From: Candidatus Omnitrophota bacterium
GTDB taxonomy: Bacteria > Omnitrophota > Gorgyraeia > Zapsychrales > Zapsychraceae
Length of the DNA stretch: 63,769 bases
Assembly (NCBI GenBank): GCA_030637405.1
Contig: DAOWGP010000040.1
Coordinates: 1 to 63,769, forward strand
Direction of reading: 5' to 3'
Below the pieces are notes generated by a model, which saw only the letters and a list, made by a program, of their open reading frames with translations, was not told the origin of the DNA and ran no database searches. The position numbers and the translations under genes are program-made. The stretch's first letter is position 1. Each line of letters opens with the position of its first letter. This document shows, piece by piece, positions 53,538 through 62,833 of the stretch.

Positions 53538-55082
53538 TTATTTATTGATTAGCTCAGATTTATACTGGATCATCTTATCTTTTTTCATCACGCGCGTCTT
53601 TTCTAATTGGATCAGGTACAGCATTTTCGGAGGACAGACCCACCAGTTATTTCCTTTGACTAAATATTGGAGCAGTCTCGGCATCATGTACCCGATCCGT
53701 GTATATTTCCCCGCCGACTTCATTTCCTTGATGATATGGACTAAAAGTTTTCCGACAAATTCATTACGATAGCCCCTCGGATCCTGTCCCGGGATACTCT
53801 TATCTTCAAACCGGATATCATTGAATTTAGGATAAGCGCGAAGGATCGCTCTTGTATGAAACATGCGGTCGAGGAAATATTTAGGATCTAACGCGGAAAG
53901 AAAATCATACAGGTCATGATCTAAATAAGGGCTATAAACAGTTTTGATATTCCCTAAAATGGCATTCGGTGATAATGTGATCTCACGCCTGGTCCTGTTC
54001 CAGAGAACAAACTGCATCAGCGGATTGGGCGTGTGCATATGTCTCTTTAATTCGCTTGTTATATACTCTATGACCTCTTCCCGGCCCATGAGTTTCTGAT
54101 ATTCGTCACGGAACAAAGATTTGAAAACATCCTCAGAAAAGCAATCATTATTCCAACCTTTAATAATTTCATCGGATAATTCACGCAGTTTCCCGGCCTT
54201 CAACAGATTCACTTTATGTTCATTAACAAAAAATCCGGCCGAGACAACCGCGCCGGCAAGTCCGTCGTAAAGCACATTTGTCTTTCCCCGGTAATAATCA
54301 GCACAGCCGAAGCTTTCCTGCAATTCATCGCTGCAAAAATTGGTCACCACATTTCTTTTCATCTCGGTATTAAAAAAAGCGTCTTTTTGGTCCAAGATGA
54401 AGTGTTCAATATTGAGCCTTTTAGTGATTATTTTCGCGATATCGATATCTTCATGATTTTGAGGGGGGAAAAGCCGTGATGTCATGCAGCTTTTCGGCGT
54501 GTAGCCTAATTCGTTTAAAACAAATAAGATCTGCCGCGAATCTCTCCCGCCGCTGATCGGAACAGCGAAGTTCTCATCCGTAGGCAATCGCCGTTTGATC
54601 GATTGACGAAACAAAGCTATGTGCCGGTCGAGCGCGTCATCATAGGGTATTTCCTTGTGCGAGCCGCCGCAATCGAATTTGCCGGATACTTCCAGTTTCC
54701 CGTTCGTCCATTGGAAAACAGCGTTGGGCGGTACGGCGCGGATTGCCTTAAACGGCGTATCATCGCCGATAAAAAATCCGATCCTCAAGAATACGGATAA
54801 TGCCCGGTAATCCAGGTCGTTAGGCGCGCCTTCGGCCAAGACCCGCGTGATCGAGGGCGAAACGCATATCTCGCCGTTCTTGGTATAGTAGTAGAGCGGG
54901 TACATGCCATAGCGGTCATTTTCCACAGAAAGCGTATTGCCGTCCCATGACCACTCGACAAAGATACCGTCGGATTTACGCCCCGGCGTATGATCGACCC
55001 TATGCCCCAGGAAATTATGATGCCTGCCGCGCGTTTCAACCTTGCCCTTCTGATATCGCGCGTAAAAATAAAATTCATCCAT
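53538..55082 (-). CDS. Asparagine synthase (AsnB)-related PP-loop ATP pyrophosphatase; no N-terminal catalytic Cys seen
   Basis: FAVPISGGRDSRQILF (SGGxDS PP-loop). The start is moved to the ATG at 55082 (MDEFYFYARY), giving an ATGGATGA overlap with the upstream stop. Confidence 0.55.
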   Translation of the reverse strand: MDEFYFYARYQKGKVETRGRHHNFLGHRVDHTPGRKSDGIFVEWSWDGNTLSVENDRYGMYPLYYYTKNGEICVSPSITRVLAEGAPNDLDYRALSVFLRIGFFIGDDTPFKAIRAVPPNAVFQWTNGKLEVSGKFDCGGSHKEIPYDDALDRHIALFRQSIKRRLPTDENFAVPISGGRDSRQILFVLNELGYTPKSCMTSRLFPPQNHEDIDIAKIITKRLNIEHFILDQKDAFFNTEMKRNVVTNFCSDELQESFGCADYYRGKTNVLYDGLAGAVVSAGFFVNEHKVNLLKAGKLRELSDEIIKGWNNDCFSEDVFKSLFRDEYQKLMGREEVIEYITSELKRHMHTPNPLMQFVLWNRTRREITLSPNAILGNIKTVYSPYLDHDLYDFLSALDPKYFLDRMFHTRAILRAYPKFNDIRFEDKSIPGQDPRGYRNEFVGKLLVHIIKEMKSAGKYTRIGYMMPRLLQYLVKGNNWWVCPPKMLYLIQLEKTRVMKKDKMIQYKSELINK

Positions 55083-56511
55083 TTGCCGATATCTCCTTAC
55101 GCTTTCTAAACATATTCTCAATAGATCTCATAATTGCCCCTTGAACAACTTTCCATATTTTTAACGGCAATTTCGGCGCGATTCCAAAAAACATCGGAAG
55201 CGATCGGCACCTTTTGATTTCCCTCACGCATCCTTTAGCGTCAATTTTCAGATAATCTTTGGCGAGCAAAGAAAGAAATTCCTTATCATTAAAATGACCG
55301 GCCGCGTCAATTAATTCCGGGAAGATTTCCGGAACCCGGAAGTGGTCCGGATAAAGATCACGAATCTCCTTATACAATCGACTGGAATCCTTTGTTTCTC
55401 CGCTATGAATATGATATTTCATGAATGAAATGGCGCCTCGAAAATATAAATGGTATTGACACACAAGATGGCCTAAAAAGCGCGCCCGGGCCGCGTTTTT
55501 AGAGGTCCGATTATCACCTCGCTTACGATACTCTACCGTAACCTTTTTGATATGTTTAAATTCAAATTTCAGGGCATACTTTAACCAAAAATCCCAATCC
55601 TGGGAAATCAGCAGATCTCCGTTAAATAAACCTTCTTCAAATAAAATTTCCCGTTGAAACATAGCGGAACATGTTGTCACGTATACGTATTTTAAAAGGA
55701 TATTCTTGTTAAAATCCTGATCGCTGATCCCTCTTACTTTTTCCTCTTTAAATACCCCGTCGCGTGTCACGCCATTAACTTTCTTAGTACTCGAATAGAC
55801 AACCTTGTATTGCCCTTCATCCATGACTTTGACAAGCTCTCTCAAATGGTTGGGGTAATAAATGTCATCATCATCTAAAAAGGAAATATACTTTCCTTCC
55901 GAGTTTAAGATCGCCTCGTTCCTGGATTTTGCGGGTCCGGAATTTTCTTCTAACCGGTAATACTTGATCTTTGCGGACTCAAAAGCGGCCACGATACTCT
56001 TTAAATCATCGGAACCGCCGTCATTAATAATAATTAGCTCAAAGTCTTGAAATGTCTGGCCCAAAACACTTCTGATGCTGTCCTTTAATTCGTCGATCCT
56101 TCGCCCCCGCGTGCAGGTAATGACTGAAACGGTATATTTATTTTCCTGTAACTTCTTGGGAAATTCAGTCTGTGAAATTTTTTGGACCGATTGAGAAAGC
56201 TCATATATTTCCGGCTGACGGCAATTGAACCTTAACGACTCAACTAAACACATGTAAGCCAATGACGGCTTATTGTCATTAAGATATAATCCGGCTAACA
56301 TATTTAAATAGCGCCATGGGTCGCTCTCGTACTGATGTTTTAATTGGTAATATTTTACCTGTTCATCATGACTATGCCCGCTTATGCGGTCATAGGCCGC
56401 GAAGTACTCTATAACAGCTTCCCTGTCGCGTGGATTTCTATAGGCGAAATCCGCTATTCGCGCGAAATCCTTGGTATGTCCGCGATTTTCGTTCATAGTA
56501 AATTTGCCCAC
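55075..56511 (-). CDS. Family 2 glycosyltransferase with N-terminal helical (TPR-like) extension
   Basis: 478 aa with VSVITCTRGRRIDELKDSIRSVLGQTFQDFELIIINDGGSDD and FLDDDD. Confidence 0.75.
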   Translation of the reverse strand: MGKFTMNENRGHTKDFARIADFAYRNPRDREAVIEYFAAYDRISGHSHDEQVKYYQLKHQYESDPWRYLNMLAGLYLNDNKPSLAYMCLVESLRFNCRQPEIYELSQSVQKISQTEFPKKLQENKYTVSVITCTRGRRIDELKDSIRSVLGQTFQDFELIIINDGGSDDLKSIVAAFESAKIKYYRLEENSGPAKSRNEAILNSEGKYISFLDDDDIYYPNHLRELVKVMDEGQYKVVYSSTKKVNGVTRDGVFKEEKVRGISDQDFNKNILLKYVYVTTCSAMFQREILFEEGLFNGDLLISQDWDFWLKYALKFEFKHIKKVTVEYRKRGDNRTSKNAARARFLGHLVCQYHLYFRGAISFMKYHIHSGETKDSSRLYKEIRDLYPDHFRVPEIFPELIDAAGHFNDKEFLSLLAKDYLKIDAKGCVREIKRCRSLPMFFGIAPKLPLKIWKVVQGAIMRSIENMFRKRKEISANG

Positions 56512-57611
56512 TTAGCCCAAGTTTCCGTCATAGCCATTCCTCGCTCGAAATCAAACGCGGGTTGATAATCAAGCAGTCTTTTAGCCTTGTCTATTTTTAC
56601 AATGGCCTTTGCCTGAAGAATTTTAAAAATGACTTCATTCGGCATTCTTGTCGGCTTGCGCGGATCTTCCTTTTTGATCTCAACTTGACCAACGGAAGTT
56701 TTAAACAACAAATACCCTTTGACCATCAACGGATATTCCCGCAAAACCTGCCGGATCGGAAACAAGAGTTTTCCAACACCGCTTTCAAGAAATTTCTGCC
56801 AGCGAATATGCGCTTTTAATGTCTTCGGATCTTTGTACACAAGAGAATTCACCCCTAACATCTTTTCATAGGCCCCGTAAAAGTCTTTCCAGCGCGCGGG
56901 CTCTTCCCCCGAGATCAGAAACGTTTCTCCAACCGCCTTCTCCTTAACCGAAGCTAAAACAAGGGCCTCGACAACATCATCAACATAGACGGCGTTACAC
57001 AAGCCTTCCCCGTCATCCAATGCCAAATACATCTTTTTAAGCCTCATCAAGGGATTGACCGTCCAAATGGTCGACCACGGGCCGTAAATAGTCGTCGGCT
57101 GGACAGTGACAACCGGAACGCCCTTTTCGCTAAAAGACCGGACGATCTCCTCGCACCGCAGTTTTGTGTCTGGATAAACATTACCCGTATACCGGCGCGC
57201 GGAGTCCTCTGTTATATATCCCTTCTCCCGGTCCGGATAAACAGCTTGTGAACTGACAAAGATCGTTCTTTTGACTTTTTCCCTTTCCGCGGCGCGTAGT
57301 ATATTCTTAAGCCCTTCAATATTGCTTTGTTTTGTCTCTTTTTCATTGTGTTTATCACTGTAGCTCCAAGCGCAATGGATAACGATGTCACAATCCTTCA
57401 CGGCGGAATCAACGTTATCCGGATCCGTCACATCTCCCTTGATTATTTCGATCCCAAACCGCGCGATCCTGGCCGCTTTGTTAAAATTCCGAATTATTAC
57501 CCTGACCCGCGCGTTATGATCGATGATCAGCTTCTCCACTAATCTGGAACCCAAAAATCCCGTTGCCCCTGTGACAAGAACGCGTTGATTGGATAAATCG
57601 ATATTACGCAT
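56493..57611 (-). CDS. NAD-dependent sugar-nucleotide epimerase/dehydratase (extended SDR)
   Basis: 372 aa with VLVTGATGFLGSRLV and YPDTK (YxxxK). Confidence 0.8.
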   Translation of the reverse strand: MRNIDLSNQRVLVTGATGFLGSRLVEKLIIDHNARVRVIIRNFNKAARIARFGIEIIKGDVTDPDNVDSAVKDCDIVIHCAWSYSDKHNEKETKQSNIEGLKNILRAAEREKVKRTIFVSSQAVYPDREKGYITEDSARRYTGNVYPDTKLRCEEIVRSFSEKGVPVVTVQPTTIYGPWSTIWTVNPLMRLKKMYLALDDGEGLCNAVYVDDVVEALVLASVKEKAVGETFLISGEEPARWKDFYGAYEKMLGVNSLVYKDPKTLKAHIRWQKFLESGVGKLLFPIRQVLREYPLMVKGYLLFKTSVGQVEIKKEDPRKPTRMPNEVIFKILQAKAIVKIDKAKRLLDYQPAFDFERGMAMTETWAKWANLL

Positions 57612-58626
57612 GACCTATCTCCTTCACGTGAGGGCCTAACCAGGGCAGGTCCAAGAACTTCCGGTTGCGATAGCACGTCTCAATGAATTCAATCGACCTT
57701 CGCCCCTCATGCCCGTCGACGAGCGGTTTTCTCTTTTCTGTAATAGCCGCGGCGAATTCCTCTAATTGCTGCCGCATGATCTCGATGTATTCCTTTTGCG
57801 GATTCCGCGGCATCGCCATGGCGCCTTCTAACTGTGCCTCATCCCCGTTGAATTTCAATATGACCGGCGGATTCGCCCAGTTCGCTCCTACCTCTATGGT
57901 GGCCTTTTCACCGGTAATTTGATAAGTTTGACGGAGTGCGCGTGTGCGGCTGATCTCCACGATCCCTGAGCAGCCATTTTTCATTGTGATACGCAATTCA
58001 CAATTTGCCTCAACACCCCCCATGGCATCGTCATAATATTCAACCCTTTTATAATCCCCCAGCCACCAAAGCAATAGGTCTAACGTATGCGGTCCTGTAC
58101 TCGCGAGAACACCGCCGACTTCCTTACGATACAAAAAATCGGACGCGGCGGGCCAGCTGAAGATCGTACCGTCGCGGAAATCGAACGACTTGATATCTCC
58201 TAAAAGCCCCTCGTCAATAGCCCTTTTAACGAACTGGTGAGCATGAAAAAATCTTTTACTGAGGCCAACGGTCAAAATACAGTTATTCTGCCGCGCTAAT
58301 TCGATCATCTCATCACAGTCTGCCGCGGTCATCGCCATGGGTTTTTCGACAAGGACATGAATGCCATTGGAAAGCATTTCCTTTGATATCGACGCGTGTA
58401 AATGATTGGGTACAGCTATAACCGCGGCATTAACATGACCGATCATTTCACGATAATCATCAGTTATCTTCGCGATGTCGCGTCCCTCCCCTAAAGACCT
58501 GGCGCCGGCGATATTTTTATCGGCTAAGGCGTTTATTTTGAACAAAGAGGATTTTTTAAGTATAGGAAAATACTGCTGTTTTGTTATCGCTCCGCATCCG
58601 ATGATCCCAAGTCTGATCTGTTCCAT
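57604..58626 (-). CDS. Gfo/Idh/MocA-family oxidoreductase
   Basis: 340 aa with IRLGIIGCGAITKQQYFP and HVLVEKPMA. Confidence 0.8.
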   Translation of the reverse strand: MEQIRLGIIGCGAITKQQYFPILKKSSLFKINALADKNIAGARSLGEGRDIAKITDDYREMIGHVNAAVIAVPNHLHASISKEMLSNGIHVLVEKPMAMTAADCDEMIELARQNNCILTVGLSKRFFHAHQFVKRAIDEGLLGDIKSFDFRDGTIFSWPAASDFLYRKEVGGVLASTGPHTLDLLLWWLGDYKRVEYYDDAMGGVEANCELRITMKNGCSGIVEISRTRALRQTYQITGEKATIEVGANWANPPVILKFNGDEAQLEGAMAMPRNPQKEYIEIMRQQLEEFAAAITEKRKPLVDGHEGRRSIEFIETCYRNRKFLDLPWLGPHVKEIGHA

Positions 58627-58640
58627 TATCTTTTCCTTGC

Positions 58641-59678
58641 TTATCCAGTATGCTTTAGCCCCTGAATAACCCGCCTTAAGCCTAAATGCTTAAGCAGTAT
58701 TTTCTTCACACGCGCTTTTAAAATAATCCACCGGTAATACATCAGGTCAACCGGGTAATATCCCGGCAATTCGATCTTTGTTCCAAGAATCGGATTTACT
58801 TCCTCTGCCAGGTTGAATACCTTTGTCCTGAGCCTAAATAGCTTCGCTGCCTGCGGCACAAAACCGGCTAACTGTTGAGGCACTATAAAAGTAACTTCTT
58901 TTAAACCTGCCAGGCCTTCGAACATTTTCTCCAAACGGTTGATATCACCATCACCCAACATCCATGAATGATAGGTGACCTGCAATACCGCCGTTGTTTT
59001 CAGTCTTTGTATGTCGGAAATCAACCCGGGCAGCTGAAACATTTCCTGGTCGCGCAAACAATAGTCCATTAAATTTAATTTTTCTGAAACAGCGGAATGC
59101 CGTGAACATAAAACATGTTCGAAGCCTTCCTCACCTAATATCTCAAGGCTTGTCTCGTTGATCCGGTCCCACGGAAAAACAAAGGTCCTTACCGGCGCTC
59201 CCAATATTTCCGTCAAAAGCCTTTTGCCTTCAACAATCTTCTCCCATTGCTGTTTTTCCCGCAGGCCGTTAAATTCACTATACCCCTCCGGACTGGCAGG
59301 GTTATAACCGGTCCATTCCCGGTCAATACCCTCAACTTTACTAATATCCATCTGTTGGCTGGGATGCCGGTCATTGGTCTGGTGGGTAAATCCATGCTGC
59401 GCTATTTCAAGGAGCCCCTTCGTATGATATTCCTTCAATAAGGCCACGATCTGTGGATTCTCATTTAACGGATGAAATTTATTGAGCCGGCAATTATGCG
59501 GGTCCTCGCTCATATTCGGAACAACGCTGATCACCTGGGGGATCTCGCGCTTTTCAAAAACTTCAAGAACCCTTCTTTCTTTGGCAGGATCGCTCAACGC
59601 GCAGAGGTCGTCATTCCGGATTATAATAAACACATTTTTCCTCGACACAATTAACCTCTCTTCATCATTACTGTCCAA
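58641..59678 (-). CDS. Polysaccharide deacetylase-like protein (DUF2334/CE4-superfamily-like)
   Basis: 345 aa with IIIRNDDLCA, AQHGFTHQ and SEFNG, consistent with the DUF2334-type pattern as I recall it. Confidence 0.45.
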   Translation of the reverse strand: MDSNDEERLIVSRKNVFIIIRNDDLCALSDPAKERRVLEVFEKREIPQVISVVPNMSEDPHNCRLNKFHPLNENPQIVALLKEYHTKGLLEIAQHGFTHQTNDRHPSQQMDISKVEGIDREWTGYNPASPEGYSEFNGLREKQQWEKIVEGKRLLTEILGAPVRTFVFPWDRINETSLEILGEEGFEHVLCSRHSAVSEKLNLMDYCLRDQEMFQLPGLISDIQRLKTTAVLQVTYHSWMLGDGDINRLEKMFEGLAGLKEVTFIVPQQLAGFVPQAAKLFRLRTKVFNLAEEVNPILGTKIELPGYYPVDLMYYRWIILKARVKKILLKHLGLRRVIQGLKHTG

Positions 59679-59683
59679 ATTAC

Positions 59684-59840
59684 GTCATTCTGCCCGCGAG
59701 CAAAGAAGGAGAAAAATCTCAGACCATCGAGATTCTTCAGCCCTTCGGGCTTCATACTTGTTTTCCTTAAATTCGATAGATGAAACAAGTATAGTACTTG
59801 CTTCATCTAAATATTTAAAGGAAAGCAAGTACAGAATGAC
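59684..59840. repeat. MITE/REP-like palindromic element (GTCATTCTG family), 157 bp
   Basis: Perfect 9-nt terminal inverted repeat GTCATTCTG…CAGAATGAC. There is an internal long imperfect hairpin (ACTTGTTTTCCTTAAAT…ATTTAAAGGAAAGCAAGT). It shares a core with 16877-17060. Confidence 0.65.
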
Positions 59841-59924
59841 AGAGTGAAATTTATATTTCGAAATCGTCCTATCATCGATAAACACCTTATAATTTGGACA
59901 CGCGTGTTTCCTCATCTATACAAA

Positions 59925-61250
59925 TTACTTTTTGAGTGCCGTTAAGTTTTCTTCATTGATCTTATCCGCCGCGCGCTTGCCGCTCATAATGCTGTGGTCC
60001 ATATTAAAATATTCCCATTCACCAAATCGCCCGCAGGGATAAATCCCGACACCGCGCAAGTAATCATGAATTGTATTCACGTTCTTTCGATGGTTTAAAT
60101 CGTAAATCACATAGGCGTATTTCAACGAAAGGATATCGCTCACCAGGATTTTGTCCTCTTTCTTAAGAATCCCGGCCCTTGTCAGGTCATCGATCGTCTT
60201 CTGAATAATATTTTTCTTGCCCTTAACTTCAAGGGGGCGGTATTTGGAATAGGCGATCTCGCAACAGACCGAACTCGTCCCCGGCGGCGCTGTTTTCTCC
60301 GAACAATTCATCGGAAAGCTGATCCGGTGAAAAATAAAATCCTTTTCATGGAAATACAGCCAGTGATGGGGACTGATATCGGGACGGTCAACGCCGATAT
60401 TCACGCAAATGATCGAATTATGCTCAAGGTCACCCGCGGCTTTCTTAACATCTGCCGGAACGTCATCGATCAGGTCAACGACAACCGGAAGCGGCAGCGT
60501 TGATATGAGGCGGTCATATTTGACGCGGGTTTTACGGTTAAATTCTACTTCGTTTTCTTTTGGGAATATTTTTGAGGCTTTCATATCCAGATGGATATTC
60601 TTAACGCCCTTTCCTAAAGATGTCGGGAGCGATTCAATCCCGCCGTGGACCGGATACCAGAAATCATTATTAAATCCTGTCAGCGCCGTCGCGTCCGTTA
60701 AGGCCCCTTCTAAAATCGTGTTAAAGTCGGGCTCCGGGATCCTGCGGTCGATCCAATCATAATTCATTCTCCGCGTGCTGATCGTCCATATCTTCTCGGA
60801 ATAGGGGATCATTAAATGCTCGGCGATTCCCTTGCCGAAACGCTGGTAGATCCACTCTTCATAATGCTTCGGGGTTGGCTTATCGCGCGTCCGCAGAACC
60901 TCGACCACGCCTTTTAAGCAATCCATAATAACGGATGCCGGCAGGCCATAGAGATGCGCCTGAAACGGGAACTGTGTATAAAGATCATATTTCCCGTGAT
61001 AAATAAAGGCCTCGCGCTTCTTGATCTTAAGATTTCCGCTAAGCAGTTTATGGATCAGTTCCGAGGCGTACGGATCGACCGTGTAAAGAATATGCGGCGC
61101 GTAATCGAAAATAAAGCTGTCCACTTCCTCAGAACGGCACAGCCCGCCGATCTCCGGCTGCTTTTCATAAATGGCATAACTGTCATTTAAATGATACCCG
61201 GCGCTTAATCCCGCTAATCCGGCGCCTAAAATTATGTTTTTGTGATCCAT
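59925..61250 (-). CDS. FAD/NAD(P)-binding oxidoreductase, UDP-galactopyranose mutase-like
   Basis: 441 aa with IILGAGLAGLSAGYHL (GxGxxG) and the C-terminal GRFGEWEYFNMDHSIMSG, which resembles the Glf C-terminal block. Confidence 0.5.
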   Translation of the reverse strand: MDHKNIILGAGLAGLSAGYHLNDSYAIYEKQPEIGGLCRSEEVDSFIFDYAPHILYTVDPYASELIHKLLSGNLKIKKREAFIYHGKYDLYTQFPFQAHLYGLPASVIMDCLKGVVEVLRTRDKPTPKHYEEWIYQRFGKGIAEHLMIPYSEKIWTISTRRMNYDWIDRRIPEPDFNTILEGALTDATALTGFNNDFWYPVHGGIESLPTSLGKGVKNIHLDMKASKIFPKENEVEFNRKTRVKYDRLISTLPLPVVVDLIDDVPADVKKAAGDLEHNSIICVNIGVDRPDISPHHWLYFHEKDFIFHRISFPMNCSEKTAPPGTSSVCCEIAYSKYRPLEVKGKKNIIQKTIDDLTRAGILKKEDKILVSDILSLKYAYVIYDLNHRKNVNTIHDYLRGVGIYPCGRFGEWEYFNMDHSIMSGKRAADKINEENLTALKK

Positions 61251-61272
61251 AATAAATTACTTCCTTTAATTT

Positions 61273-61398
61273 AATGACAAACGCCCAATGTCAAATGCCG
61301 AATAAATACCAAAATCCAAATTCCAAATGGCTTAACCCGACATTGGACATTGGTTATTTGAAATTAATTTGTCATTTGATGTTTTTCATTTGTCATTT
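61273..61398. repeat. Gene-less element with CAAATG-type inverted repeat arrays plus a TTGAAATTAAT motif
   Basis: Left: AATGACAAACGCCCAATGTCAAATGCC…CCAAATGG. Right: TTTGTCATTTGATGTTTTTCATTTGTCATTT. The centre contains ATTTGAAATTAATT, also found at 12003-12014. Confidence 0.5.
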
Positions 61399-61424
61399 AT
61401 CTCGAATTAATAATTGCTTATAGC

Positions 61425-62282
61425 TCAACTTTCTATTTTCTTTATAAACCGCTCCGTCGCGTCCTGCCATGTCGGTATAGAAACATTGAGCGCGTCGCGG
61501 ATCCTCTTATTGGCCATCGGCGTCGCGGCCGGCCGCGTGGCTTTCACCGGAAATTCAGCCAGAAAGGCGGGTTGAACTTCGGTGGCAATCCCCTTCTTGT
61601 CAAAAAAATACTTCGCCCATTCATAGCGCGAACACTTTCCGCTGTTGGTCAAATGATACGTCCCCCGCAGGCCTTTTTCTAAAGCCAGTAAAACCATTTT
61701 AACCACATCTTCGGTGAACGTCGGCACAGAGACCTCATCGGAAACAACCTTCAGGGTCTCCTTGCCCTCGGCCCATTGCAGAAGTTTATAAAGGAAATTC
61801 TGACGGCCCGCGCCGAAAACCCAGCTTAAGCGGAAAATGAGAAAATGATCCAAGCGCTCGCGCAGCGCCTCTTCACCTTTTAATTTGCTTTCCCCGTAAA
61901 TATTAATAGGATTCGGCTTGTCCTCTTCCGTATAAAGATCTTTTTTCTTGCCGTCAAACACATAATCCGTGCTGAAATGCGCGGGAAATACATTGGCGTC
62001 TTTACAAACCAAGGCCAAAATGGATACCGCTCGCGCGTTGACCTTAAAGGCCATCTCCGGTTCGTCTTCGGCTTTATCGACAAAATTATAAGCCGCGCAA
62101 TTGAGAAGAATATCCGGCTGATAATCCTTGACCATGTCCCGGACTTGGTCCGCGTTCGTAATATCAAATTGATCTTCCGGCGGCGCCAGAAAATCCGATC
62201 CCTGTCTTGTCAAAGAAGAAGCGAATTCTTTTGCTAACTGCCCGCTTGCTCCTGTAATAAGAAATTTTTTATCGTTTATCAT
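61425..62282 (-). CDS. rmlD: dTDP-4-dehydrorhamnose reductase
   Basis: FLITGASGQLAKEF and YGESK (YxxxK). The start is moved to the ATG at 62282 (MINDKKFLITG), which overlaps rmlC by 14 nt. Confidence 0.85.
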   Translation of the reverse strand: MINDKKFLITGASGQLAKEFASSLTRQGSDFLAPPEDQFDITNADQVRDMVKDYQPDILLNCAAYNFVDKAEDEPEMAFKVNARAVSILALVCKDANVFPAHFSTDYVFDGKKKDLYTEEDKPNPINIYGESKLKGEEALRERLDHFLIFRLSWVFGAGRQNFLYKLLQWAEGKETLKVVSDEVSVPTFTEDVVKMVLLALEKGLRGTYHLTNSGKCSRYEWAKYFFDKKGIATEVQPAFLAEFPVKATRPAATPMANKRIRDALNVSIPTWQDATERFIKKIES

Positions 62283-62832
62283 AACTAAAATTATTATCAA
62301 TCTTATCCAATCGCGGCGAAGCCGCGTCTTTCTGAGATAGGATCGGATCTTCCACCGGCCACTTGACGCCAACTACCGGATCATTCCATGATAATCCGCG
62401 CTCATGTTCAGGAGAATAAACCTCGGTGCAATAATAAATAATCTGGGCCGTTTCCGAGAGAGTGACAAACCCATGGGCAAAACCTTCCGGAATATAAAGC
62501 ATGTCCTTTTTTTCCGCGTTGAGTATTCTTGAAACCCACTTCCCGTAGGTCGGCGACCCCTTCCTGAGATCAACCGTAACATCAAAAATTTCCCCCTCAA
62601 TCACAGTAATAAGTTTTCCCTGCGCTTTGGGTTCTATTTGATAGTGCAGCCCGCGTAGCGTACCTTTGGAACTTCTTGAATGATTAACCTGCGCGAAAGA
62701 TCTTGTTATACCTTCTTTCTCGAATTCAGGATATTTATAAACTTCAGAAAAGAAACCTCTTTGGTCAGGATAAATATCCGGCACAATATAAATGATCTCC
62801 GGAATATCTAATTTTTTGAATTGAAAGGCCAT
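62269..62832 (-). CDS. rmlC: dTDP-4-dehydrorhamnose 3,5-epimerase
   Basis: 187 aa with DQRGFFSEVYK, NHSRSSKGTLRGLHYQ and VDLRKGSPTYGKW. Confidence 0.9.
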   Translation of the reverse strand: MAFQFKKLDIPEIIYIVPDIYPDQRGFFSEVYKYPEFEKEGITRSFAQVNHSRSSKGTLRGLHYQIEPKAQGKLITVIEGEIFDVTVDLRKGSPTYGKWVSRILNAEKKDMLYIPEGFAHGFVTLSETAQIIYYCTEVYSPEHERGLSWNDPVVGVKWPVEDPILSQKDAASPRLDKIDNNFSYDKR

Positions 62833-62833
62833 T

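Noticed and set aside
59685-59915. 76-aa ORF between the deacetylase-like and mutase-like genes.
   Set aside because: It is encoded almost entirely by the palindromic GTCATTCTG element, so it is a typical repeat-generated spurious ORF.
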